From Gemmatimonadales bacterium (GTDB lineage: Bacteria; Gemmatimonadota; Gemmatimonadetes; Gemmatimonadales; GWC2-71-9): DNA of 64,000 bases. Of this stretch, positions 18,581-29,500 are shown one piece after another. The stretch's first letter is position 1; each line of letters starts with the position of its first letter. Location: positions 43,681 through 107,680 of the forward strand of contig JBFGJG010000010.1 of assembly GCA_041577295.1 (NCBI GenBank). The letters run 5' to 3'. The notes beneath the pieces are model-generated. The model did no database searches. It had not been told where the DNA came from and was given only the letters and a program-made list of their open reading frames with translations. Made by a program: the position numbers and the translations under genes.

Positions 18581-20196
18581 GAGAAGTAGATCCATACGAG
18601 CCCGACGCAGAAAACGAGGAACACACTCAACACCAAATCCATCGTCCGCCAGCGGCGGCTGACTTCTGGCGTTGGCGCGGGTTCCACTGTTGCAAACGTC
18701 AAGCCTGCCACCTTGGGAGCGGGTGGCTCTGGGCTCAGTAGGCTGACAATCACCAGCACCGCCGTGCAGGTCACGAACAGCACTATCGCAAAGTGAAGGA
18801 AGTTGATGTCGGCATAGGTGAAGAGCAGACCGTCGAGCCGCCCTTTGAATAACTCCGCCACCAAGCGTCCCATTCCTAGCACGAACCCGGTGATCAGTGC
18901 GGCGATGGCACCGTTGGCGTTGACTCGCTTCCACAGCACGCCAATCAAGAAGACCGCGGCGATGGGCGGCGAGATATAGGCCTGGACGCTCTGAAGATAC
19001 TGGTAGAGCTGTCCCGAGATCAGCTTCATGAACGGTATCCACGCCAAACCAAACACCACGAGCACCCCAGTGGTGACTTGTCCCACTAGCACGAGCCTCC
19101 GCTCCGGCGCCTCGGGGTGGAGCTTCTTGTACACGTCAAGCGTGACCAACGTAGACGTGGAGTTGAACACCGAGGAGAGCGAGCTCATCAACGCTGCCAG
19201 GAGTCCCGCGACGACGAGCCCCCGCAAGCCGATCGGGAGCAATACCGCAATCAACGTGGGGAGCGCCTGATCAGGGGTGGCGAGCTGGAGCCGGTTCTGC
19301 TGCGAGAGCGCGAAAGCAATCACGCCGGGGATCACAAAGATGAACAAGGGGAGCAGCTTCAAGTAGCCCGCGAACACCGTCCCGCGCCGGGCGTGATCGG
19401 GGTTGGTTGCTGCAAGCACGCGTTGCACGATGAATTGGTCCGTACACCAATACCACACACCGAGAATCGGGGCTCCAAACAGAATCCCGGTCCACGGGAA
19501 GTTCGGATCCGAGATAGGCTTCCACACGCTGAGGAACCCAGGTTCGACGGCTTCCGTCAAGGCGTCCCATCCGCCCAGGGCGCTGAGTCCCAAGATCGTG
19601 ACGGCGACCGCACCGCCAATCAACACGAACATTTGCAAGAGGTCCGTGTACAGCACCGCTCGTAGCCCGCCGAAGATGGTGTACACGCCGGTGACGATTA
19701 CGACGACCAGCGCACCAGTCCAAAAGTCGATCCCCATGATCGCCTCGAAGACGATCCCTCCGGCCGCTATCGTGACCGAGATCTTGGTGAGGACGTAACC
19801 GATGATCGAAATGATCGCGAGGTACCAGCGAGCGCCCGCGGAGTAGCGGCGCTCGAGGAATTCGGGCATGGTGAACACGCCGCTCGACAAGTAGAACGGT
19901 ACGAACACCCAGCCGAGAATCAACAGGATCAGCGACGCGAGGACCTCGAACTGCCCAACAGCCACACCGCTCGCCGCTCCGGTTCCCGCCAGCCCCACCA
20001 GGTGTTCCGATCCGATATTCGAGGCGAACAACGACCCGCCAACCAAGAACCAGCCTGCATGGCGGCCCGCCAGGAAGTAGTCCTGAGACGTCCCGCGGGC
20101 CGCACGCTCCCGCACCGACGCCCAAATCGCGACGCCGAATACCAGCACGAAGTAGACACCGATAACAGCCCAGTCCACAGTCGCGAGTAAGCCCAC
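18577..20196 (-). CDS. Sodium:solute symporter (SSS/SLC5, sugar type)
   Basis: YFLAGR, SLFASNIGSEHLVGLAG, WYWCTDQFIVQR and AALMSSLSS. Confidence 0.94.
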   Translation of the reverse strand: MGLLATVDWAVIGVYFVLVFGVAIWASVRERAARGTSQDYFLAGRHAGWFLVGGSLFASNIGSEHLVGLAGTGAASGVAVGQFEVLASLILLILGWVFVPFYLSSGVFTMPEFLERRYSAGARWYLAIISIIGYVLTKISVTIAAGGIVFEAIMGIDFWTGALVVVIVTGVYTIFGGLRAVLYTDLLQMFVLIGGAVAVTILGLSALGGWDALTEAVEPGFLSVWKPISDPNFPWTGILFGAPILGVWYWCTDQFIVQRVLAATNPDHARRGTVFAGYLKLLPLFIFVIPGVIAFALSQQNRLQLATPDQALPTLIAVLLPIGLRGLVVAGLLAALMSSLSSVFNSTSTLVTLDVYKKLHPEAPERRLVLVGQVTTGVLVVFGLAWIPFMKLISGQLYQYLQSVQAYISPPIAAVFLIGVLWKRVNANGAIAALITGFVLGMGRLVAELFKGRLDGLLFTYADINFLHFAIVLFVTCTAVLVIVSLLSPEPPAPKVAGLTFATVEPAPTPEVSRRWRTMDLVLSVFLVFCVGLVWIYFS

Positions 20197-20389
20197 GGGT
20201 CTCTCTCCGGTCTAGGGTCTGCGCGCCTTAATGCTCACACCGAGATGCGACGGGGAACCGGCCCAGTATACGCCGATGGACGCCCTCGCGGAACGTCTCT
20301 CCCCGACTGTATGTCTCCTTGCGACCGATAATCCCAGGATCTAGCTTCGCTAGCACCCCCGAGAGCCACGAGCCCATTTCCCCAACCGA

Positions 20390-23300
20390 GTGCCGATTAC
20401 GTTGTTGCGAAACAAAGGACTCTTTCTCGCCACGCTTGCGCTCGCGATCGGTTCGTCAGGGTGCGAGCCTTCCGGGTTACCGGATCCGGATTCGTCGCGA
20501 TACGCCGAAACGGTCTCGGCATTCTACCGGGGCGTCGCCGCCGCCCAGGTGGGCGAGAGTGGCGTGGCCGAAGCCTCATTCCGCCGAGTCACCGAGCTGG
20601 CGCCGCTCGAGCCCGCTGGCTGGGCCGATCTTGGACTTGTCGCGCTCCAACGGCGCGAGCTGGAACAGGCCGCGAGCTTGCTCGCCGAGGCGCGCTCGCT
20701 GGCGCCCGAAGACAGCCGGATTCGTTTGATATCCGCGTTGGTCGAGCGCGAGCGTGGTCGCACGGATTCGGCCACGGCGCAGCTCCGGCGCGCCGTTGAG
20801 CTCGATCCCCGTCATCTCCGGGCGCTCTACCTGCTGGCCGAGGTGGTCGGCTCGGGGGATCAGCCCGAGGACGCAGCGGAGGCTCAGCAGGTGATCGAGC
20901 GGGTGCTTGCGGTCGTGCCAGGGAACCTGGTCGCCCTGCTCGAGCGCGCGCGACTCGCCGCCAAAGTGCGCGACAGTACAGCGCTCCGCCAGACGCTCGA
21001 CCGCATAGAGACTCGGACCGCGGGCCTCGGGTCGTCGCCCGCGCGGGAGCTTCGTGCGGTGCGGGCCGCCGCTGCAACGGGAGACTACGGCCGGGCCGCC
21101 ACGCAGATCGCGTTCTTGCAGACTGAACTGCAACCGCTTGCCGCGTTTCGCGACGACCAGGAGGCGGTGCGGCTCTCGCCCAGTCGAGGAGAAGTCCTCC
21201 TCACCGCGTTTGTCCGGTTGCCAACCCCGACCACTCGGGCTTCGCGGCCAGATACGGCACTCACGTTTGTGCCGGAGACGCTCTTGATTGCAGGTGCTCG
21301 AGAAGCGGAGTGGGTGCATACCCTGTGGCTCAGCGACGAAGTACCGCTCGCGCTGCTCGCCGCCGGAGCGGACACCGTGTGGCTCTCCCCGGATCCAGAT
21401 TACTCAGAGGCGTTCGTGTTTCCACGTGCTGCCGGTCCGCCCCCAGCACCCGCGGCGGTCGCGCCAATCGACTACAACTACGACTTTCGGACGGACCTCG
21501 TAGTGGCGGGCGCCGGTGGATTGCGGCTCCTGCGACAGGACGAAGCAGGCTCGTTCCACGACGCCACAACCGAAGCGCTCCCGCCATCCCTCGTCCGTTC
21601 AGCCTACACAGGAGCGTGGGTCGCCGACATCGACATGGAAGGTGATGTGGACATCGTACTCTCTCGGCTCGATGGCTCGCCTATGGTGTTGTGGAATCGG
21701 GGTGACGGGAAGTTCGAATCGGGAACCGTGTTTGCGGGTGTGACCCGACTCAGCGACTTCGTGTGGGCAGATCTCGACGGCGACGGCGACCCGGACGCGG
21801 CGCTGCTGGATGCTGGAGGGCGACTACAAATCTTTCGCAACGGGCGCGAGCGTGTCGGTCAATTCGAACGCCTGCCACTGCCCAACACACTGGGCAGTGT
21901 CCACGCAATCGCCGGAGCGGACCTCAACTCTGACGCGACGCTCGATCTCGTTTTGCTAGGTGCGGACGGCATTGTCAGACGTCTGTCGCTCGTGGATGGG
22001 AGTTGGCGGGATACCGTGCTGGTGCAGTGGGTTGGGTACTCGGCACAGGAGATGATGTCGACTCGACTTCTCCTCGCGGACCTGGACAACAACGGCAGTC
22101 TCGACCTCGTGGCCTCTACACCTGAAGGCACGAGGGTGTGGATTGCCGGAGCACAAGCTTTCGTGGCGCTTCCGCTCATCAACGTTCCTGTCACGAGCAT
22201 CGCGGACATCAGCGGAGATGGCCGGCTCGATCTGATCGGCGTATCAGCTCGTGAGCCCCGATTGCTGACGAATCAGGGGACCATGGATTACTACTCGACG
22301 AGCATTCATCCACGGGCAGCGGAAGCGACAGGCGATCGCCGTATCAACTCGTTTGGCATCGGTGGTGAGGTGGAGATTCGAGCAAGCCTGCTCTATCAGA
22401 AACGGTTGATTGACGGTCCACGTATCCACTTCGGGCTGGGGGAACAACCGCAAGTGGATGTCGCGCGCATCCTCTGGCCGAATGGAACGGCACAGGTCGA
22501 GTTCAATCTCGCAGCGACGAACGAGACCATACTCACGCGTCAACGACTCAAAGGTTCCTGTCCCTGGGTCTTCACATTCGATGGTGCAGGCATGCAGTTC
22601 ATCACCGACTTTCTCTGGCGGTCGGCCCTCGGGCTCCGCATTAACGCACAGGGACACGCCGCGGTGATTCACAGCGAGGACTGGATTAAGATACGGGGTG
22701 ATCAGCTGGTACCCCGTGATGGTTTCTACGACGTTCGCATCACCGCCGAACTGTGGGAGACCCACTTCTTCGACCACGTGGCCCTGCTGGCCGTGGATCA
22801 CCCCGCCGGAACCGAAGTGTTTGTCGATGAACGATTCAGAATCCCAGCACCGGTGCCTGGTGTGCGCACGACCGAAATGCTTCGGCCAATTGCGTGGGCC
22901 CGCGACCATAAGGGGCGCGACGTGACAGCGCTGCTTCGTGAACGCGACGAGCGCTATGTGGACACGTTTGATTTGGGTCTCTATCAGGGCCTAGCTCGGG
23001 ACCACCATGTTGAGCTGGCCTTGGGTACCGGAGTCCCCGCCGAGGGTCCCTTGCTACTCATTGCACACGGGTGGGTCTATCCCACCGACGCGTCGATCAA
23101 CGTGGCGATCAGTCAAGGGAGTCACGGACGACCGCGCGGGCTCGCGCTCGAGGTGCCCGATGGTCACGGGGGTTGGACTGTCGTCGATCCAGACCTCGGA
23201 TTCCCAGCCGGGAAGTCGAAAACCATTATGATCGATCTCACGCACGCATTCCAACCGGGTGCGGAGCGCATCGTGCGACTGCGAACCAATATGGAGGTCT

Positions 23301-23857
23301 ATTGGGATCAGATTGCCTGGACCACCGAACTGCCGGATGCACCGACCAAGGTTCAGCGAATCCTGCCGGCGACAGCCGAGCTGCGATACCGAGGGTTTTC
23401 AGAAGTGGGTCAGACTCCGCGCAGATCGCCGGAGCTGCCGGAATACGAGAGGCTGGGCACCGGCGTACCCCAGTGGCGGGACCTCGTGGGTTTCCACACG
23501 CGGTTCGGTGACATTCGCCCGTTGAACGAAAAAGTGGACGATCGGTATACTATAATGAATGCAGGTGACGAGCTGGCATTTCAATTTCGCGCGCTGCCAC
23601 CTCCAGATAGCGGCTGGGTGCGTGACTTTGTTCTCATCGGTGATGGCTGGGTGAAGGATGGAGATTACAACACCGGATTTTCGACGACTGTGCTCCCGCT
23701 TCCCTACCATGGGATGTCTGACTACGCTCGCCCGCCAGAGCGCCTGGAAGACGATCCGGCCTTCCGCCTTCACCCAGAAGATTGGGAGGTCTTCCACACC
23801 CGCTATGTGACCCCGCGGGTTTTTCATCGTGCCCTCACACCAGACCCCAACGACTGA
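20390..23857 (+). CDS. Lipoprotein with TPR, FG-GAP/VCBS repeats, ASPIC/UnbV domain and large C-terminal domain of unknown function
   Basis: Lipobox SSGC; N-terminal TPR helices; DxDxDG motifs; IHFGLG...ILWPNG; then KGSCP...ELWETHFFD...GWVKDGDYNT. Confidence 0.8.
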   Translation: MPITLLRNKGLFLATLALAIGSSGCEPSGLPDPDSSRYAETVSAFYRGVAAAQVGESGVAEASFRRVTELAPLEPAGWADLGLVALQRRELEQAASLLAEARSLAPEDSRIRLISALVERERGRTDSATAQLRRAVELDPRHLRALYLLAEVVGSGDQPEDAAEAQQVIERVLAVVPGNLVALLERARLAAKVRDSTALRQTLDRIETRTAGLGSSPARELRAVRAAAATGDYGRAATQIAFLQTELQPLAAFRDDQEAVRLSPSRGEVLLTAFVRLPTPTTRASRPDTALTFVPETLLIAGAREAEWVHTLWLSDEVPLALLAAGADTVWLSPDPDYSEAFVFPRAAGPPPAPAAVAPIDYNYDFRTDLVVAGAGGLRLLRQDEAGSFHDATTEALPPSLVRSAYTGAWVADIDMEGDVDIVLSRLDGSPMVLWNRGDGKFESGTVFAGVTRLSDFVWADLDGDGDPDAALLDAGGRLQIFRNGRERVGQFERLPLPNTLGSVHAIAGADLNSDATLDLVLLGADGIVRRLSLVDGSWRDTVLVQWVGYSAQEMMSTRLLLADLDNNGSLDLVASTPEGTRVWIAGAQAFVALPLINVPVTSIADISGDGRLDLIGVSAREPRLLTNQGTMDYYSTSIHPRAAEATGDRRINSFGIGGEVEIRASLLYQKRLIDGPRIHFGLGEQPQVDVARILWPNGTAQVEFNLAATNETILTRQRLKGSCPWVFTFDGAGMQFITDFLWRSALGLRINAQGHAAVIHSEDWIKIRGDQLVPRDGFYDVRITAELWETHFFDHVALLAVDHPAGTEVFVDERFRIPAPVPGVRTTEMLRPIAWARDHKGRDVTALLRERDERYVDTFDLGLYQGLARDHHVELALGTGVPAEGPLLLIAHGWVYPTDASINVAISQGSHGRPRGLALEVPDGHGGWTVVDPDLGFPAGKSKTIMIDLTHAFQPGAERIVRLRTNMEVYWDQIAWTTELPDAPTKVQRILPATAELRYRGFSEVGQTPRRSPELPEYERLGTGVPQWRDLVGFHTRFGDIRPLNEKVDDRYTIMNAGDELAFQFRALPPPDSGWVRDFVLIGDGWVKDGDYNTGFSTTVLPLPYHGMSDYARPPERLEDDPAFRLHPEDWEVFHTRYVTPRVFHRALTPDPND

Positions 23858-25664
23858 TCGAGCAGCAGCGCCTTCCCGGCGCCGTCTGCCCACCGTCCTC
23901 GCGGCCGTCGCTTTCCTCGTGCTCCTCGCGACGCCGCTTGCGCTACGGCATTTCTCGGATTCGCGAGAGGCCGGTACGGACTTCAGCGCATCCGAGGCAC
24001 TCGACCGCCATGGTTTTGTCCTCGAAGAGATCTCTGAGACAGTCGGGATCCGTTTTATGCACCGGGCGCCGGATCTCGATCCAAAGCTCGGCCCCATCAT
24101 GCCAGCGGTCGCGGCGTACGGCGCCGCGGTTTCAGTGGTGGATTTTGACCGCGATGGCTGGTCCGACCTGTACGTCACAAACAGCGCTTTGGGCAGCCAG
24201 AACGCGCTCTATCGGAATGGGCGTGATGGTACCTTCGAAGAGTTGGCGGCCAAGCTCGGGGTGGCCGACGTAAACCAGCGCACAACCGGCGTCTCGATGG
24301 GCTCCGTTTGGGGGGACTACGATAACGACGGATACGAAGACCTGTTTCTTTATCGGTGGGGCAAGCCGGAGCTCTTTCATAATGACGAAGGCCGTGGTTT
24401 CTCGCGCGTCACCGAGCGTGCGGGGCTGCCGCGCTGGATCAACGCCAATGCCGCCGTTTGGTTCGACTACGATCGCGATGGGTGGCTCGATCTCTTTGTA
24501 GGTGGCTTTTATCCAGCGGACCTCGACCTATGGAATTTGGAGCACACACGAGTAATGCCCGAGAGCTTCGAGTACGCTCAGAACGGTGGTCGCAACTACC
24601 TCTTTCGGAATCTCGGCGACGGCACGTTCCGCGAGGTAGGCGAGTCCCTCGGGCTCACGAGCACTCGTTGGACGCTCGCGGCTGCGGCAACGGATGTCGA
24701 CCGCGATGGGGATCCCGATCTCTTCGTGGCAAACGATTTCGGGATCAACGAATTGTACATCAACGAGCAGGGTAAGCGCTTTCGGGAGGTCGGCCGCGCG
24801 GCGAACCTCGCCCGCACTCCCAAGAGCGGAATGAATGCATCGTTCGGGGACGTGCTCAATCGCGGAGAGTGGATTCTCTACGTGACCAACATCTCCGAGC
24901 CGGGTGTCCTCATCCATGGAAACGACCTGTGGGTGCCGGCGGGTGACTCGGGTGAGGTGCCACGATACCGCAACCTGGCCGGTGCGATGGGTGTGGAGCT
25001 CGCCGGTTTCGCGTTCGGGGCGCAGTTCGGCGACTTGAACAACGACGGTTGGTTAGACCTCTTCGTCACGAACGGTTACGTGTCTGGCGAAGACCGTGAG
25101 AGTTACTGGTACGACTACTCGCTGGTTGCCGGTGGGCATCGCAATATCATTGCCGACGCTAGCAATTGGCCGGCCATGCGTGGACGAAGTCTGTCCGGCT
25201 ACCAAGAAGATCACGTGTGGCTCAACGACGGGGCGGGACGCTTTCGCGACGTCACCAGAGCGGTCGGGGCGGCCAATGCCTACGATGGACGCGCCGTCGC
25301 ATTTGCCGATTTGTGGAATCGTGGCGTACTCGATGTCCTCGTAGCCTACCAACGCGGCCCGCTTTTGGTCTACAAGAACACGGTGACCCACGAGCACAAT
25401 TGGATTGCTTTCATGTTTGAGGGTACAAAGAGCAATCGCAGTGCGATCGGGGCGGAAGCTCATCTTTACTGGGCCGGCATGCAGCAGGTACAACAGATCG
25501 AGGGTGGCAATGGCTTTGCCGCACAGAACCAGCGGCGGGCTCACTTCGGGCTCGGCTTGGCGTCGAGCGTCGACAGCGTCGTGATCCGGTGGCCATCCAG
25601 CGTGGTCCGCACGGTCAAATCACCGACCGTCAACACGCTACACACCGTGAAAGAGCCCGGATGA
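23829..25664 (+). CDS. CRTAC1-family FG-GAP + ASPIC/UnbV protein with N-terminal membrane anchor
   Basis: Repeated DFDRDG/DYDNDG/DLNNDG; SNRSAIGA...HFGLG...IRWPS. Confidence 0.85.
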   Translation: MPSHQTPTTDRAAAPSRRRLPTVLAAVAFLVLLATPLALRHFSDSREAGTDFSASEALDRHGFVLEEISETVGIRFMHRAPDLDPKLGPIMPAVAAYGAAVSVVDFDRDGWSDLYVTNSALGSQNALYRNGRDGTFEELAAKLGVADVNQRTTGVSMGSVWGDYDNDGYEDLFLYRWGKPELFHNDEGRGFSRVTERAGLPRWINANAAVWFDYDRDGWLDLFVGGFYPADLDLWNLEHTRVMPESFEYAQNGGRNYLFRNLGDGTFREVGESLGLTSTRWTLAAAATDVDRDGDPDLFVANDFGINELYINEQGKRFREVGRAANLARTPKSGMNASFGDVLNRGEWILYVTNISEPGVLIHGNDLWVPAGDSGEVPRYRNLAGAMGVELAGFAFGAQFGDLNNDGWLDLFVTNGYVSGEDRESYWYDYSLVAGGHRNIIADASNWPAMRGRSLSGYQEDHVWLNDGAGRFRDVTRAVGAANAYDGRAVAFADLWNRGVLDVLVAYQRGPLLVYKNTVTHEHNWIAFMFEGTKSNRSAIGAEAHLYWAGMQQVQQIEGGNGFAAQNQRRAHFGLGLASSVDSVVIRWPSSVVRTVKSPTVNTLHTVKEPG

Positions 25665-26449
25665 AGTACGATCGTCGCCTGACCGCACCCCTCCTCATCA
25701 CCCTCATCCTCATCGGAGCCCACTGGTCGTATGGCGTGCTCCGTGGGTACGAGGCGATCGCGCTCGCTGTCGCTTCGGCTATCGTCGCGGAGTTCATTCT
25801 CCGAAGACTCTTGACGAATCAACCGCACCAGCTCGCCAGCGCCTATATCTCGGGCATCAGCATCGCGATCCTCGTGCGTTCCCCCGTGCTGTGGCCCTAC
25901 GCCGTTGGGGCTGTGTTGTCGATCATGTCGAAGTTCGTGCTCCGTACGAAGGGGCGGCATTTGTGGAACCCGTCCAACTTTGGCATTTGTGCCCTGCTGT
26001 TTCTGGCGCCTTTTGCAGTGGCGCCGCTCAGCGTGCAATGGGGCAACGATCTGTGGCCGATGCTCATCATCTGGGCCATCGGTCTCAATGCCGTCTGGCT
26101 GGCCAAGCGTGCCCACATCACGATCGCGTACGTGATCGCGTTTTTCTTCTTTGCGTTTGTACGGAGTGTGATCAGCGACAGCTCGTTTCTGGCGGAAGCC
26201 GCTCCCATCACGGGCCCGATGTATCAGCTTTTCGCGCTCTTCATGGTCACGGACCCGAAGACCACGGTGTCGTCGAAGCAGGGTGCAATTGTGGTGGTGT
26301 GTCTCGTCGCGTTCGTGGAGATGTTCTTGCGGCTCGGCGAGGTCATCTATGCACCGTTCTACGCACTCTTCATAGTCGGTCCGATAGCCCTTGTAGTGGA
26401 GATGTGGTGGAAGTCACGCGTTGGAGAGACCCTAACGAGCGAGCGGTGA
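25661..26449 (+). CDS. Short RnfD/NqrB-like (UnbU-like) membrane protein
   Basis: ATGA overlap with the upstream gene; SKFVLR...HLWNPSNFG and FMVTDPKTT resemble RnfD FNPA and FMATDPVT; all hydrophobic. Confidence 0.7.
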   Translation: MKYDRRLTAPLLITLILIGAHWSYGVLRGYEAIALAVASAIVAEFILRRLLTNQPHQLASAYISGISIAILVRSPVLWPYAVGAVLSIMSKFVLRTKGRHLWNPSNFGICALLFLAPFAVAPLSVQWGNDLWPMLIIWAIGLNAVWLAKRAHITIAYVIAFFFFAFVRSVISDSSFLAEAAPITGPMYQLFALFMVTDPKTTVSSKQGAIVVVCLVAFVEMFLRLGEVIYAPFYALFIVGPIALVVEMWWKSRVGETLTSER

Positions 26450-26550
26450 AGGCACCCGGAGTGAAGGATTTGGATTGGATAAGGAGCTAGCCATCGCCCG
26501 TCATTCCCCATCTCTCCAACCTCCCCTGCCTCCTCTGCACCTTTCCTCCA

Positions 26551-29500
26551 TCACTCCCGCTCCCACGCCAACGGGCGGAGTAGCTGAAGGGCATCATTGT
26601 TCCTTGCTACCACGACCAGCCGGCCGGCCGTGGCGTGCCTGAACGGCTCGAGATCTCGCACTTGGCCGAGCACTACGAGGTTGCTCGTCTCCGGATCCAC
26701 TGGGGCAAGGTTTCCCAATCCGTCACCGCGTAGCAGCAAGCCGTAGCTGGCATCGTACTGCCCGTACACCGGTGCAGCGCCATACTGGTTTCCCGCCACG
26801 ATCACGTCGGCATTTCCATCACCATCGACGTCGCCCGGTAACGCGGCGTATATCGGCGCAAACTGGGCTTCGGTGGGGAGTGGACTCAACTCGAACGTGC
26901 CGTCACCCCTGTTTAGAGCGACAGAGCTTGCGAACCAGTACGCTTCGAGCACTCGAGCCTGGCTCAGCTCCGACGTGGGGAAGAGATCTTCCACGCGGCT
27001 CGCCCCAAACTCCGCGTAGGAGCGGTACCGGCTCCGGAGGGCGGGGATCGCGCGGATCAACTCGTCCCGTCCGATCACCGGATAGCTCACGCCGCTCTTG
27101 TAAAAGGTCAGGATTTGATCCAGCGTACCGTTGCGAGCAAAATCGGACAGGTAGAGACGGGCAGGCTCTCCCGGTGTTGCCCGGATATACGAGTTGTGAC
27201 CCAGGTTGCCGAGGATGAGATCTGGGTGTCCATCTCCCTGGAGATCTGTGACCGTCACGCTGTTCCACCAGCCGTTCGTCCCGGAAAATCCAGCCTCCGC
27301 GGTCCGGTCGACTAATCGCCCTTCCACTTGCCGAAACACGCGGACCGGCATCCACTCCCCAACGAGGATCAAGTCGAGGTGGTCATCCTCGTCGTAATCC
27401 ACCCATGCCGCCGAGGTTACCATTCCGGCTTCGGCCAATCCCTCTGTAACCTCGTTGGTCACGTCGCGGAATTGTCCGCGGCCGTCATTCTGAAGTAGAT
27501 AGCTTCTTGGAACGCGCCCGTATTGGCGCGAAACCACGCGGCTTCCCACGAAGAGATCCAGATCGCCATCGCCATCGACGTCGCCGGGCACCGCGCAAGA
27601 CCCATTTTCAAACATCCCCGGCAAGGCACTTTCATCCCGTTGAAACCGTCCCTGTCCATCGTTCAGGTACAGGCGGTCGCGCTGCGCCTCATGTTCACCC
27701 CAAAACTCGTTTCCACCACTCACCACGTACAGGTCGTGGAATCCGTCACCGTTTGCGTCGAAGAAGACGGCGTCCACGTCTTCATGCAAACTGTCCCGCT
27801 GCAGTACCGCCTCACTAGTGCGCCGGAACGTTCCGTCACGCCGCTGGACGAGGACCTGTCCAGATTGCCACTTCGCTCCTCCGACATACAGGTCGTCGAG
27901 ACCGTCGCCGTTGACGTCGGCAATGGCAAGGGCAGGCCCCTCGGTCGAGAGCTGGTGGGGAATGAGTGGTTCACGCGTATAGTCGAAGAACCTGTTCTCC
28001 TGATGCTGGTACTGGATCGCCACGTCGGCCGTGACGTCGTCGAACAGATCGGTTTGCTGCTCCTGCCCGTACGCGTAGCGCCCAGCCGCCTCGTCCTGCA
28101 GCAGCGTGATGGTCTGATCCGCCGCGACGCCCTCCAGGGTCTGAAATCGCCCATCGGGCCAGATGATGAGCAGAGAGTCGATTTCGACGGATGGTCCCAA
28201 ACCAAAATGCAATCGATGATCGATTGACGACTGGAAGCCACGCGTTGGCATTTGCTCGACTAGTTGCTTCGTGCCGTCGTGTGTGATGATGACCTTGGTA
28301 CCGATGCCCGCCGTATTTGGCGCAGCACCCTCGAGATGAATGGTAAGGTAGTGGTAGCCATTCAACTCGCGCGCGCGGTTTCGGTAGATGCCCGCCGAGG
28401 CTTCGATGTTGTTGACGACCAGATCGAGCGCGCCGTCGTTGTCGAGATCGACATACGCCGCGCCTGTCGAGAACCCTGCCTGACCGAGACCCCAGACCTC
28501 CGCCACATTGGTGAAGGTCAGGTCGGCGTTGTTGCGGTAGGCGTAATTCGCAATCGGGATTCGAGGCATTCTCGCGTGCAGCGTCGCCAAGAGCTCTTCG
28601 GTGATCCCAGCGGCCAGTGACGCCTGGACTGCACGGTCGGCCACGTAGGTGACGTAATCGAGGTCGTTCGGACGCCGGTAAATGCCATTCGTGATGAAGA
28701 GATCTTTGTGCCCGTCGTTGTCCAGGTCGGCAAAGAGAGGTGCCCAGCTCCAGTCTGTCGCATAGATGCCGGCCAGATAACCGATCTCGCTGAAGCGTCC
28801 CTTTCCCCGATTGAGCTGGAGCGTGTTACGCGCGTACTGTGGGTGGTAGCCGGCGCGTCGTTTCATTTCATGAATGGCTAGGTCTTCCGTGTTGGCGGAT
28901 GTCTTGAGGATGTCCTCTCGCTCGGGCAGCATATCGAGCACCACGAGGTCCGGTCTGGCATCGTTGTTAAAGTCTGCCGCGTCGACCCCCATCGAGGAGT
29001 GGCTGGTATGCCCCGTGGCCCCATCGATGGATTCGGTGAACGTTCCATCGCAATTGTTCAGGTACAAGAAGTCACTTTCGTGAAAGTCATTTGCCACGAA
29101 GATGTCGGGACAGCCATCGATATTGAGGTCGCTGACCGTCACCCCGAGACCGTATCCTTCGACACCGCCGTAAATGCCAGCGGGTTCGCTGACATCTACG
29201 AAACGTCCGGCCTCGTTGCGATAGAGGCGGTCTCCCGCCGTCGGATGGCGCGCGTTGCGTTCTGGGTCCCACGCCTTACCGCGCTCCTCGTGGGTGGAGT
29301 GGTTCAGGAGATACATGTCGAGGTCACCATCGCCGTCGTAGTCGAAGAACGCGGCCTGGGTCGAGTACCCCACGTGTGCAAGCCCATACTCCGTGGCCCG
29401 GTCAGTGAAGGTGCCGTCACCATTGTTGATGTACAGTGCGTTTCGGCCCCGCACGCTCAGGTGAGTCACCGTCGATACGTAGATGTCGAGGTGCCCGTCG

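Noticed and set aside
18581..19042. N-terminal extension of the trehalase ORF (722 aa)
   Set aside because: Lies inside the symporter CDS; the signal peptide and ATGA overlap indicate a start at 18580 or 18550.
20390..26449. Enediyne biosynthetic cluster or Rnf/Nqr complex
   Set aside because: No PKS, thioesterase or other rnf/nqr subunits in the window.
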